A DNA stretch of 64,000 nt from Candidatus Heimdallarchaeum endolithica (GCA_021513715.1 CP084167.1:832001-896000); one strand, 5' to 3'; positions 49,673-59,513 are shown, counted from the stretch's first letter. Notes: generated by a model from the letters alone, not told the origin. Translations and numbers: made by a program.

Positions 49673-50674
49673 AGCATGTCCAAAAATTCTTTTTCACCTA
49701 CTAAACGGTCCGAAGGAGTAAAAGGTAGTTGTAACAGAGAAGAGAACTGTACAAGGTAGAGAGGATGGTGGAGGGTAAACGATCAAGGATTGGGGGAAGA
49801 GAGAGTTTAAGGAGACCAAAGACGTGTTCAATACTACTACGATACTCGGGATGATGATTACGACGATACAGACCAGGGTAGAGACGATGAGCTTGAACTA
49901 TTGGTCCGAGGGGAGGAGGAGAGGGATAACGAGCATTACTTTTTGGGGGAATAACAGGAAAAAAGGAATGTTGGCTAAGAAGTCCCACGATATTTTCTGT
50001 CCAGTAGGCACAGTCTCCATAAAATCGCAAGAAAGGTCTCAAGAGTGCAGAAGGAAGTTTCTGCCAGAGTAAACCGAAGACTTTACTATCATGAGTGTTA
50101 CTAGCAGAATGAGCGAGAGAGACTATAGCTCGAGAGGGTAAACCAACTATAAGGTGTATCTTCCAGAAAAGTTTAGAGGTTTTCTTTAGTGTCCCTCTTG
50201 ACCATTTGAGAAAACGCCAAACAGAAGCTTGACGGATTTTAAACCCTGAACTATCCACTGCCATAGCTTTCAAGCCTTTTTTCCTCACTATTTCCCTACC
50301 TAAATCTATTATCCACTGCTCTAAGATTTTACTTTCTGTCGCTCTCCACACTGCATGAAAAGTAGATTTAGAAGGAATCTTCTTCATCCACCCCTCTTCT
50401 ATCAAAAAATCGCATAAAGACAACTTTTCCTCTAACTTCCTCCAAGCTATCCCTTCTATTCTAGCAATGATTGCTAAAGCCAGTATCACCCATCTTTCTG
50501 CTATTCTCTTTCTCCCTCTCTTGCTTTCTCTCGGTTCCTCTTTCACCAGTTTCTTAAGGAAAGGTTCATTAATGATTATGAATTCTCTTGCTTTGTGGGG
50601 GTCTATGATCTGAAAGAAATTCATACTTCCGACATAAACCCCCACATTAATAAAAATTAATTTTTGGACATGCT
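49673..50674 (-). mobile_element. IS5-like insertion sequence, copy 2, 1002 bp, with 8-bp target-site duplication TAGTCTAA
   Basis: Same TIRs as copy 1; TAGTCTAA at 49665-49672 and 50675-50682. Confidence 0.95.
49701..50645 (-). CDS. DDE transposase (IS5-like); protein identical to 32374..33318
   Basis: Identical translation in the ORF track. Confidence 0.92.
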   Translation of the reverse strand: MGVYVGSMNFFQIIDPHKAREFIIINEPFLKKLVKEEPRESKRGRKRIAERWVILALAIIARIEGIAWRKLEEKLSLCDFLIEEGWMKKIPSKSTFHAVWRATESKILEQWIIDLGREIVRKKGLKAMAVDSSGFKIRQASVWRFLKWSRGTLKKTSKLFWKIHLIVGLPSRAIVSLAHSASNTHDSKVFGLLWQKLPSALLRPFLRFYGDCAYWTENIVGLLSQHSFFPVIPPKSNARYPSPPPLGPIVQAHRLYPGLYRRNHHPEYRSSIEHVFGLLKLSLPPILDRLPSTILSTLYSSLLCYNYLLLLRTV

Positions 50675-50871
50675 TAGTCTAATTAATAATTAACTTCTTA
50701 AAATTAGTCATTTAAATAGTATTAATTACGTTTCTTTGATGTTTTTTGGTAAGATAGGTTCTTGTTATATAATAAAAGTATTATATTGGTCAACTGTTTT
50801 ACTAAGTATTTTGCGGTATTGTTAAAAAGGGTGAGAGGAAAACAGCTTATCAAAAAAAAAAGGTAAAAAAA

Positions 50872-51768
50872 ATGCCATTAGTAGAATGTGTTCCTAATTT
50901 TTCAGAAGGAAGAAGAAAGGAAGTTGTAGACAAAATTGTCGAAGAAATACTAAAAAGTGGAAAAATCACTTTACTTGATTCAAGAATGGATCCAGACCAT
51001 AATCGTGCAGTAGTAACTTTTATCGGAGAACCTCAAGAATGTTTCAAAGCGGCTTTTGCAGGTTGTAAAAAAGCTTCAGAGCTTATTGATATGGACCAAC
51101 ATGCAGGAGAACACAACCGCTTTGGTGCTACAGATGTGATTCCCTTTATCCCTATCAGTGACATTACTATTGAAGAGTGTGCTGAACTTGCTGATAAACT
51201 TGCCAAGAAAATTGGAGAGGAATTAAATATTCCTACTTATCTTTATGGTGCAGCAGCAAAAAGACCAGAACGTGAGGTTCTTCAGAAGTATAGAACAAAA
51301 TCATTTCAATATGAACAACTTAAAGAAGAAATAGCAACAAATCCTCTGTATGAACCTGATTATGGTCCTAAAGAAGTTCCAAAGGCTGGAGCAACTAATG
51401 TAGGCGCAAGAGAGTTTTTAATAGCTTATAATGTTTATCTTGATACTAATGACAAAGAAATTGCAGCAAAGATTTCAAGAGCAATCCGTTTTAGTGGAGG
51501 AGGATTAAGGTATATCCAAGCAGGTCCCATGGAGATTAAAGAGAGAAATTGTGTCCAAGTAAGTATGAATATAACAAATTACAAAGGAACGCCTATTCAT
51601 TGTGTTTTGGATATGATTAGAAGAGAAGCAGCTCAATATGGAGTAAGTGTTACTGAAACTGAGGTTTATGGTATGATTCCATTGGATGCTTTGCTTGATG
51701 CTGCAATATATTATCTTCAACTGCACAACTTTGATAAACAACAAATAATAGAAAAAAGAATAGAATAA
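50872..51768 (+). CDS. ftcD: Glutamate formimidoyltransferase (FTCD N-terminal part)
   Basis: Motifs VECVPNFSEGR, D.DHNRAV.T, H.GEH.RFGA.DVIPF.P, GAR..LIAYN and QVSMN. Confidence 0.95.
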   Translation: MPLVECVPNFSEGRRKEVVDKIVEEILKSGKITLLDSRMDPDHNRAVVTFIGEPQECFKAAFAGCKKASELIDMDQHAGEHNRFGATDVIPFIPISDITIEECAELADKLAKKIGEELNIPTYLYGAAAKRPEREVLQKYRTKSFQYEQLKEEIATNPLYEPDYGPKEVPKAGATNVGAREFLIAYNVYLDTNDKEIAAKISRAIRFSGGGLRYIQAGPMEIKERNCVQVSMNITNYKGTPIHCVLDMIRREAAQYGVSVTETEVYGMIPLDALLDAAIYYLQLHNFDKQQIIEKRIE

Positions 51769-51771
51769 AAG

Positions 51772-52422
51772 GTGAAAAGAATGGTAGAAGAATTGCTAAT
51801 TAACAAAAAAATAGTAGATTTTTTGGATGAACTTGCTTCAGATAGCCCTGCTCCTGGAGGAGGTTCAGCAGCTTGTATTGCTGGAGCAATGGGTGCGTCC
51901 CTAGGATCAATGGTTGCAAGACTAACCATTGGTAAGAAGGGATATGAAGAAGTAGAAGATTTTTTCAAAGAGAAACTAAAAAAAACAGAAGAACTAAGAA
52001 AAGACTTGACTAATCTAGTAGATAAAGATGCTAATGCTTTCACTGGAGTAATAGAAGCTTTCAAGATGCCAAAAGAAACAGAAGAACAAAAAGCTGCTCG
52101 TTCTGCAAAAATTCTTGAAGAATATAAAAAAGCAGCTGAAGTCCCAATGTTAACTTGTAAAAAATGTAGAGAAGTCATCGACTTACTAGTAGAGATGGGT
52201 ACTAAAGGAAATAAAAATGCTCTTTCTGATATTGCTGTAGGAGCTCTCTGTGCACTAACTGGTCTTCGTTCTGCAGCACACAATGTAGAAATTAATCTCG
52301 GTTACATAAAAACAAAAGATGCAGAATATGCAGATAAGATGTACAAGGAGCTAGAAGAGCTCTTAGAAGGAATAGAAGAAAAAGTTAACAAACTTGATGA
52401 TGACGTAAGAGCTACTTTCTAG
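51772..52422 (+). CDS. Formiminotetrahydrofolate cyclodeaminase / cyclohydrolase (FTCD C-terminal family)
   Basis: Motifs LASDSPAPGGGSAA, GNKNALSD and NVEINL. Confidence 0.92.
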   Translation: MKRMVEELLINKKIVDFLDELASDSPAPGGGSAACIAGAMGASLGSMVARLTIGKKGYEEVEDFFKEKLKKTEELRKDLTNLVDKDANAFTGVIEAFKMPKETEEQKAARSAKILEEYKKAAEVPMLTCKKCREVIDLLVEMGTKGNKNALSDIAVGALCALTGLRSAAHNVEINLGYIKTKDAEYADKMYKELEELLEGIEEKVNKLDDDVRATF

Positions 52423-52463
52423 TTTTCTTTTTTTTTAGAAGATAGTTTTAATTAAGAAAAAAT

Positions 52464-53054
52464 ATGTTTTTAAGTACATCTTTATCCTTTTTTTTGATGA
52501 GAAAATCTCTTAATTATGAACTAATCAAGTCTGAACTAATTCCTTTAGATGCACCTATTGAAGAAATTCCAGGACTTAAACTTGGTACTGTTCTTATTCC
52601 TATTTTCCCAAACAGCAACCAAATAATGTTTACAAAAAGATCAAACAAAATGAAAAATCATCCTGGACAGATATCTTTTCCTGGAGGAGCTGTTGAAGAG
52701 GGAGAAACAATTATAGAAGCTTGTCTTAGAGAAACAAATGAAGAAGTAGGAATCATTAATAAAAAAATTAAACTTTTGGGTAGATTACCCCCACTCAAAA
52801 CAAGTAGTAATTTTTTTGTTTACCCAATTGTTGGTTTAGTTGAAAGTGACGTAAAAATAAAAATCAATCCTGATGAAGTAGAAAAAGTATTTTTTGTACA
52901 AATAGAAGAGTTGCTTGACGATAATAACAAAATTGTTGAAACAGAATTAAATATTAGCAAAACCTACTACTTAGCAGGAAATTATACAATTTGGGGAGTA
53001 ACAGCACAGATACTTGAAGAGCTATTTTCAAAAATAAATGAATTAGAGAACTAA
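52464..53054 (+). CDS. Nudix hydrolase, CoA pyrophosphatase type
   Basis: Motifs HPGQISFPGG, LRETNEEVG, NPDEV and IWGVTA. Confidence 0.92.
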   Translation: MFLSTSLSFFLMRKSLNYELIKSELIPLDAPIEEIPGLKLGTVLIPIFPNSNQIMFTKRSNKMKNHPGQISFPGGAVEEGETIIEACLRETNEEVGIINKKIKLLGRLPPLKTSSNFFVYPIVGLVESDVKIKINPDEVEKVFFVQIEELLDDNNKIVETELNISKTYYLAGNYTIWGVTAQILEELFSKINELEN

Positions 53055-53064
53055 TTGGTTAGTT

Positions 53065-54213
53065 CTATATTTTTAGTTCTCTAACTGTAGTCTTAAATCT
53101 AACATTTCTCTTTTCTAGTTCAGTCATTAAAATCTTGAATATATCATGATTTTCGCCTATTAGTTCTGGAGGAACAAGTGTTTTTGGGGAATATTTTCCT
53201 TTAACTACTAAGTTAGCAATAATGGAACAAGTAAAACCAGTAGTTCTTGCCATAGAAATAATTTTTTCTTTTTTATCATATCTATCCAATAAATAATATC
53301 TATATTGGATTATCTTGTTTTCATTTTTTCCTTCAACTTCTATTTCCATGATAGTGTAATCTTCTTCTCCTGGTCTTAGTTTCCATTCCTTAAAAAGCAG
53401 TTTACTTGTTAAATCTATAGGTTTTATATCTACTCCATCAACATTTATTTTTTCCTTACTGAAAAATCCAGTTTCACGTAGAATCCTTATTTTCTCAATA
53501 TGACCAGGGTATCTCAAAGTTTTTTCTTTTAAGTTCGGAATGTGATTCATCGTCTTTAGAAGAGTTCGTAAACCATCAGTGTTAAAAGCTTCTAGTGTCC
53601 CCATTCCTTCAAATTCTAACAATTCTGCATCTGATAAAGCAGGTTTTACAACTAATTTTCCATTTTCAACAAACCTAGCTGGACGAGTGTATTCCTCAAT
53701 AACATCTATAGGTGAAAAAGGAGCTTTATATTCATAAGGCCAAGTTCTAATTACAGGAAGTCCTCCAACATAACAAAGAAAAGAGTTAACATTTTCCATT
53801 ATACTATTAATATAACCCAAAATTATGTTACTTAACCCAGGAGCAACTCCACAGTCAACTACAGCTGTCACTCCTTTCTCTTTTGCTAATTCTGATAAAG
53901 AAAATGGATCTTCATCAAAGAACGATATATCGACAATATCTTTTCCTTCTTCTATTACAGTTTTTAGTGTTTGATAACCCATAAAACCAGGAACAGCTCC
54001 AACAACCAAGTCAAAATCAGAAATTATTTTTCTCAAATTATCAGTGTTGGATAAATCAGCTCTAATTACTTGAATATTGAAATTGTTTTGAAGAAAATTT
54101 AAAGCTTCTTGATTAATATCTAAAACAGTAACTTCAATTTCAGGATCTTTTACTAAATCTCTCGCAATAACATTTCCTACTAATCCTGCGCCTAATACAA
54201 TTACTTTCTTCAT
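53065..54213 (-). CDS. Saccharopine dehydrogenase family / lysine 6-dehydrogenase
   Basis: Motifs LGAGLVG, DCGVAPGLSN, YVGGLP, EEYTRP, EAFNTDGL, KTLRYPGH and MARTTGF. Confidence 0.88.
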   Translation of the reverse strand: MKKVIVLGAGLVGNVIARDLVKDPEIEVTVLDINQEALNFLQNNFNIQVIRADLSNTDNLRKIISDFDLVVGAVPGFMGYQTLKTVIEEGKDIVDISFFDEDPFSLSELAKEKGVTAVVDCGVAPGLSNIILGYINSIMENVNSFLCYVGGLPVIRTWPYEYKAPFSPIDVIEEYTRPARFVENGKLVVKPALSDAELLEFEGMGTLEAFNTDGLRTLLKTMNHIPNLKEKTLRYPGHIEKIRILRETGFFSKEKINVDGVDIKPIDLTSKLLFKEWKLRPGEEDYTIMEIEVEGKNENKIIQYRYYLLDRYDKKEKIISMARTTGFTCSIIANLVVKGKYSPKTLVPPELIGENHDIFKILMTELEKRNVRFKTTVRELKI

Positions 54214-54352
54214 TAGTCACACCTATTTGAAATTATATAGCTCTCTTTTTAACTTTTAACCTTAAAATTTAAACTAGATCCCTAAAAAAATCGTATAAAA
54301 AGTATAAAAAGAAAGAAAAATGAGGAAAAGAAAGGAACAAAATAGATATCAA

Positions 54353-55834
54353 CTAAGTTTTATCTGATTTAGTGTCTTCTTGAACTTTATCTGATTTAGT
54401 GTCTTCTTGAACTTTATCTGATTTAGTGTCTTCTTGAACTTTATCTGATTTAGTGTCTTCTTGAACTTTATCTGATTTAGTGTCTTCTTGAACTTTATCT
54501 GATTTAGTGTCTTCTTGAACTTTATCTGATTTAGTGTCTTCTTGAACTTTATCTGATTTAGTGTCTTCTTGAACTTTATCTGATTTAGTGTCTTCACCGT
54601 CTTCTTCTTTACTTTCTTTTTCTTTAAATACTAGTTGTAACATCAGCGGTGTCAGGAGAACTGTAACAAATACAAGCAATATAACTACTGTAAATATGTT
54701 TTCATCAAAGATCTCATTTTCTAGTCCTATTCCAGCTATGACCAATAGTATTTCAGCTCGAGGAGTTATCCCAGTTGCAATACGTAGTGCTGATTTTGAA
54801 GAAAATCCTGTTAATTTTGAACCTAGAAAAGCTCCTATTCCCTTCGATAAGATTGCAAAAGGAATTACTAACCATATTCCCCAAGGGAATACATAATTAG
54901 CGCTTCCTAGTTGAGTGAGATCTATTTGGAAATTGGAACCTACTGAGAAGAAGAATAATGGAATAAACACTCCTTCTCCAAATTTTGTAATTGTTCCTTT
55001 AACTTCACCCACTATTATCCTATCTTGCTGAATTGCTATTCCCAGAAGAAAGGCCATTACTGCCCCTGAAAAGTGAAGTTGTTCAGCAAAATAAGCTAAT
55101 AAAGAAATCAGACCAAATACAATCCCTAGTGTAAAGTTGTTTGTTCGAGAGCGGGTGAAAATGTTAAAACGATATTCCATCCAGTTTAAGAACTTGGGTA
55201 AAAGAACTACCACTACCAAAATGAATATTGCTAAAAAACCTAAATCTTTTAGAATAATTAATGCAATATTTCCTTCTTCTGTATTAAATAAAGCACTTGC
55301 CAAAATTAATACAAGTATTAATGCTAGAAAATCATCTAAAACTGCTATAGAAAGTAATGTCTGACCCTCTTCAGAACCAAGTTTCTTCAAATCAGATAGA
55401 GATCTAACTGTAACACCTATTGAAGTTGCAGTGAATAAAGTACCAAAAAATATTGCAAACCGTACATCTCTTTCTAGAAAGATAAATGCAGTAAGAAAAC
55501 CACCTATTAAAGCCAAAGAAACTTCAGTAATTGATATAGTAATACTTCTTTTTCCAGTTTTTAATAATGACTTTACATTTATTTCCATCCCAACAATAAA
55601 CAGCAACAAAATTATACCGATTTGACTAAAAGAACGTAGTGATGCCCTATCCATAAATAGATCATTGATATTGGATAAACCTAAAATTGAAAATAAAGGA
55701 CCTCCAAACATAATTCCAGCGAATAACTCGCCAAGTATAGCTGAGAGTTTTAGTCGCTCGAAAATTTCTCCGAAAATCCTTGCAGCAAGAATTGCTACAC
55801 CAATATATAAAAGCAAAGATATGGCTTCATTCAT
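54353..55834 (-). CDS. Cation:proton antiporter (CPA2/NapA-like) with repetitive C-terminal tail
   Basis: Motifs LGELFAG, LLFIVGME, ATSIGVT, AVLDD, FIPLFF and PRAE. Confidence 0.92.
   Translation of the reverse strand: MNEAISLLLYIGVAILAARIFGEIFERLKLSAILGELFAGIMFGGPLFSILGLSNINDLFMDRASLRSFSQIGIILLLFIVGMEINVKSLLKTGKRSITISITEVSLALIGGFLTAFIFLERDVRFAIFFGTLFTATSIGVTVRSLSDLKKLGSEEGQTLLSIAVLDDFLALILVLILASALFNTEEGNIALIILKDLGFLAIFILVVVVLLPKFLNWMEYRFNIFTRSRTNNFTLGIVFGLISLLAYFAEQLHFSGAVMAFLLGIAIQQDRIIVGEVKGTITKFGEGVFIPLFFFSVGSNFQIDLTQLGSANYVFPWGIWLVIPFAILSKGIGAFLGSKLTGFSSKSALRIATGITPRAEILLVIAGIGLENEIFDENIFTVVILLVFVTVLLTPLMLQLVFKEKESKEEDGEDTKSDKVQEDTKSDKVQEDTKSDKVQEDTKSDKVQEDTKSDKVQEDTKSDKVQEDTKSDKVQEDTKSDKVQEDTKSDKT
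54359..54595. repeat. Perfect 27-bp tandem repeat, 8 full copies plus 21 bp (encodes EDTKSDKVQ)
   Basis: Unit TTTATCTGATTTAGTGTCTTCTTGAAC repeated with no spacers or mismatches. Confidence 0.97.
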
Positions 55835-56363
55835 TTAAAATATCACCTTCACAAGACAAACTTCCATCATTTTGTTCCTTGTATTCTAACCATTTATCTT
55901 TAACAAAGTTTAGAATGTCAATGAAAAGAATTACACCTTTAACTTCACTTTTTTTATCTTTAGCTCTTGGAAGGACGTTTGTAGAGTATTTTAGCATTAA
56001 TTCAGCTACATCTTCTAATTTTAGATCATCATAAACTATAGGTAATTTTTTATCTACAATTTCATCTGCAGTTGCATTTTCAAAATACAGTGCTTGAAAA
56101 AAGGGATCACGCAAATCTGAATGGACAGGATTAAACAACTTTAGGAAATTTTTTGGGGTTAACAAACCAAGAAATTTGCCTTTTTCATCTTTTATAATAA
56201 TAACTGGGCTATCATAATCAAAGAAGCAACTAAATAGTTTGTCACAAGAGATTGATGAAGATAATTCAGGTACTTTCTTCTTTGGTATCTCTAAAACACT
56301 GATACTTCTCATATTTGTTAAAAAATCTTCTAATGAACCAGTCATGCAAAGGTTTGTTAACAA
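55827..56363 (-). CDS. CBS-domain protein
   Basis: CBS-like segments IIKDEKGKFLGLLT and LEDVAELML...LP...VKGVI; overlaps the antiporter start. Confidence 0.75.
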   Translation of the reverse strand: MLTNLCMTGSLEDFLTNMRSISVLEIPKKKVPELSSSISCDKLFSCFFDYDSPVIIIKDEKGKFLGLLTPKNFLKLFNPVHSDLRDPFFQALYFENATADEIVDKKLPIVYDDLKLEDVAELMLKYSTNVLPRAKDKKSEVKGVILFIDILNFVKDKWLEYKEQNDGSLSCEGDILNE

Positions 56364-56411
56364 ACCAATAATTAAACTTTATTCTTTGTAAAAAAATAAA
56401 AGAATGATTTT

Positions 56412-57233
56412 TTAAAATAGAAAAGGTATTAGCGCTTTCCTATTTTTAGGATACTCATTGAATTTTTCTTTATACCATTCATGATGAGCACGGGCTCTAG
56501 GTGCTAAGTTGAAAAAAGTCCACAAAGCAAAAACTAATCCTGGAACAGACCAAGTTAATATTGCCCATCCTATCCATTCCATTATTTCTCCCAAGTAGTT
56601 TGGCGAAGAGACAAACTTAAACATCCCACCATAAGGTATTTTATATCCATCTTTTGCTCCTTTTTCTCTTAAGTTACGTAAAATGTAATCAGATTGCTTG
56701 TTAATAAAAAATCCTGCAATAAAAATTATAGTCCCAACAATAAATTGTGGAGAACTAAACCATGAAAATGTATAAAGATTCTCTGATACAAGATAAAAAA
56801 GCCATATTCCTTGAATATATGTATTAAAAAGATTAAATGTTACCCCAAAGAGCATGATTAACATAGGCATCTTTTTCCTTCCTCTCAATGTCCAGGGATA
56901 AATAAGAGCTCTATGAATATAGTGTATTTCAAATAGAGCAATAAAAGCGATGAAGACAGGGTCACTTATTCTATCACTTCCAAAAAAGTAAATAGCCATC
57001 AGTAATGCAGAAGGGAATTCCATCAGAAACCATGCTAGTCTATCATCTAAAGTTGGCCCCCAACCTTTTCTTCTATGACGTCCATAGGGCGCAGTAATGA
57101 AAAACAATAGGATAAAGATTGAAACACCCAACCCTAAAAAGACATACATAACAGCTTTGAAATAGATTGGGTTACCAAACACAGAAAGAATAGATTCCAT
57201 AATTGAAGATAGTAATGACATTAAACTTTTCAA
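56412..57233 (-). CDS. 3-oxo-5-alpha-steroid 4-dehydrogenase (SRD5A/DET2 family)
   Basis: Motifs APYGRH, AWFLMEFP, HYIHR, YKIPYGGMF..VS.PNYLGE..EW, NLAPRA..HH.WY and RKALIPF. Confidence 0.9.
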   Translation of the reverse strand: MKSLMSLLSSIMESILSVFGNPIYFKAVMYVFLGLGVSIFILLFFITAPYGRHRRKGWGPTLDDRLAWFLMEFPSALLMAIYFFGSDRISDPVFIAFIALFEIHYIHRALIYPWTLRGRKKMPMLIMLFGVTFNLFNTYIQGIWLFYLVSENLYTFSWFSSPQFIVGTIIFIAGFFINKQSDYILRNLREKGAKDGYKIPYGGMFKFVSSPNYLGEIMEWIGWAILTWSVPGLVFALWTFFNLAPRARAHHEWYKEKFNEYPKNRKALIPFLF

Positions 57234-57283
57234 AAAGTAGCTTCTATTTAAATTTTATTTAAAAGAAGAAAGAAATAAAAAGA

Positions 57284-58771
57284 TTAGGACAATTTGTTCA
57301 TATTTTCTGCAATACTTCGTATAACACCCCATATAACATTTACACTTTCGATTTCTACTTTTTCATCTGGAGAGTGAGGAGAGATAATTGTTGGTCCAAT
57401 GGAAGTTACTTGCAAATTAGGGTCTAAAGCTAAAAATAGGCTACATTCTAATCCTGCATGGATAGCTTCAAGTTTTACCTTTTTCTTATACACTTGTTCA
57501 TAAAGCTCTTTTACAAGCTTCAAGAATGGAGAGTTAAGGTCAGGCTCCCAGCCAGGATAAGCTTTTTCTTGAGTAATATTAGCTTTTACTTTTTCACCTA
57601 TTTTCCTTAGTTTAAGTCTTACTTCTTCTAGTTCTTTCATCACTGAACTTCTTGTAGAAATATAAATTTTAACTTGCTTTTCTCCTGTTTTTACAACTGC
57701 GAGATTACTAGAAGTTTGAACTAAATCATTTATTTCTTTATTATATGAAATAACTCCATGTTGGACCTCATCTAAAACATAAATCACATTATTAGTTGAT
57801 TCTTCAGTAAATATTTTTTCCGCTTTGTCTTTTTCAAACATCTCAAACTTGAAGTTAGGTTCATATTCTCTAATTTCATGAGAATTTTTTCTTAACCACT
57901 CTTTCAAAGCTTTCTTCGCTTCTTTTTCATTTTCCTTAAGAATTGCCAAACGAACTGTGCAGTCTCTAGGAATTGCATTATGAGCTGTTCCCCCTTCAAT
58001 ACTTACAAGATGAAATGGTTTTATTTCAAGTTCACTAAATTTATCCCTTAAGAAGTTTAAGGCAGAAATAGCAACTTTAATTGCATTAGCCCTAGGTAAA
58101 TGAATATCTACTCCTGAATGTCCACCTTGAAGACCAGAAATAGCAAAACGAATCTCTATCCAATCTTCAAGATTAGCTATATTTTCAAGTTCTATTGGAA
58201 CATCTATTTGCGTTCCTCCTCCCCCAGCACTACTTATTGTTATTTTACCTAAATCTTCAGAATCAACATTAAGTAAATATTTTCCAGTGAAAAAACCTCT
58301 CTTTACATTAAAAGCTCCTGTCAATCCTGTTTCCTCATCAACAGTAATGAGTAATTCGAGTTTGCCATGTTTTATGTTTTCATCTAAAAAAAGAGCTAAA
58401 CCCATTGCTAAACCTATACCATTGTCAGCACCTAGAGAGGTTCCTTGTGAATAAACATATGTTTCATTGAAGGTTACAGGAATCGGATCTTCTTCACAAT
58501 TGAAATTTGGATCATTTGCTTGACATACCATGTCCATATGAGCCTGAATTACAAGAGTAGGGTAGTTTTCACATCCTTCACTTGCTTCTTTTGTCAACAG
58601 AATATTTCCTGTTTCATCTTCCTTAAATTGAACATTATTCTTTTTAGCCCAATTTTTAATCCATTCTCTAATTTTCTCTTCTTTTTTTGAAGGTCGAGGG
58701 ACTTGAGTTATTTCATAAAAAATTTTCCATACTTGCTCGGGTTGTAATTCAGATAATTTATTTGAAGTCAT
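57284..58771 (-). CDS. pepD: Aminoacyl-histidine dipeptidase (M20C)
   Basis: Motifs QAHMDMV, LGADNGIG, TVDEETG, GGHSG.DIH, IHAGLEC and HSPDE. Confidence 0.93.
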   Translation of the reverse strand: MTSNKLSELQPEQVWKIFYEITQVPRPSKKEEKIREWIKNWAKKNNVQFKEDETGNILLTKEASEGCENYPTLVIQAHMDMVCQANDPNFNCEEDPIPVTFNETYVYSQGTSLGADNGIGLAMGLALFLDENIKHGKLELLITVDEETGLTGAFNVKRGFFTGKYLLNVDSEDLGKITISSAGGGGTQIDVPIELENIANLEDWIEIRFAISGLQGGHSGVDIHLPRANAIKVAISALNFLRDKFSELEIKPFHLVSIEGGTAHNAIPRDCTVRLAILKENEKEAKKALKEWLRKNSHEIREYEPNFKFEMFEKDKAEKIFTEESTNNVIYVLDEVQHGVISYNKEINDLVQTSSNLAVVKTGEKQVKIYISTRSSVMKELEEVRLKLRKIGEKVKANITQEKAYPGWEPDLNSPFLKLVKELYEQVYKKKVKLEAIHAGLECSLFLALDPNLQVTSIGPTIISPHSPDEKVEIESVNVIWGVIRSIAENMNKLS

Positions 58772-58848
58772 TTATGGTCTTTTAAACATTCTTAAGATAA
58801 TGATAAAAATGTTTTTGAAAAACAATATTTATTATTTTCAAAATCTTA

Positions 58849-59508
58849 CTAAAAAGAATAATTAATCATATTTTTCAAGAAATTTTCTAACACTATGCGA
58901 CTTACAATCCGATAAGAGGGGTCATAATTCATCCTAAAAAGAGGTGAGTGTGATATAAGAGGAAGATCTAAGCACTCCTCATATTTCTTGAATTGAAAGG
59001 AAAGATCTGATAATGCCTTTTTTAGTGCTCTTTTTTCATTCTTTTTTGTTGTTAATATTCCTTCATCATAGAGTTTACAAATTAGGTTCCAACTTGAGAA
59101 AAAAATAGAGAGATTTGCAGGAGTATTCTTTAAACTTTCTTCCATTAATTTCCACAAATGAGAAGAAGATAAACCAATTTCTTCTTTCCAAACTCGCAAG
59201 TTCAATCTCCCAAACATAGTTTTTTCATTCAATAGTTCAAACAGTTCTTCATCTTCTCTTTTTTTAGTACAAACGTCCAATTCTTGTTCTAGATAGATTT
59301 TTACTCCCTCTAGACCTGAAATTTTCTTTAAGTGTACCCACCCACAACTTCCTTGATAGATAAATTTGTACAAATCTCCCCAAGTTTGTACTGAATATTT
59401 TTTTAGATAGGTTAAAAGAGAAAAAGGAATCTTTTCAGTTAATATTCGCCCAAAATCTGTGAAAAGGCGGAAATAATGCAATTTTTGATAAGAATTTTCC
59501 TCATTCAT
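58849..59508 (-). CDS. Conserved hypothetical protein
   Basis: Motif-like segments DLYKFIYQG..G..H, GRLNL and SHS..FR..Y.PSYRIV. ATG 59508 chosen to avoid overlap; the ORF track extends to 59535. Confidence 0.65.
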   Translation of the reverse strand: MNEENSYQKLHYFRLFTDFGRILTEKIPFSLLTYLKKYSVQTWGDLYKFIYQGSCGWVHLKKISGLEGVKIYLEQELDVCTKKREDEELFELLNEKTMFGRLNLRVWKEEIGLSSSHLWKLMEESLKNTPANLSIFFSSWNLICKLYDEGILTTKKNEKRALKKALSDLSFQFKKYEECLDLPLISHSPLFRMNYDPSYRIVSRIVLENFLKNMINYSF

Positions 59509-59513
59509 TTTCC

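Noticed and set aside
32346-50674. Composite transposon bounded by the two IS copies
   Set aside because: The outer flanks do not share a TSD, copy 2 has its own TSD, and the cargo includes housekeeping genes such as guaB and acdA.
54359-54595. Possible CRISPR array
   Set aside because: The units are contiguous with no unique spacers, are in frame inside a CDS, and no cas genes are nearby.
54349-54597. 82-aa ORF (KTLNQIKFK)n
   Set aside because: It is an alternative reading frame of the 27-bp repeat inside the antiporter gene.
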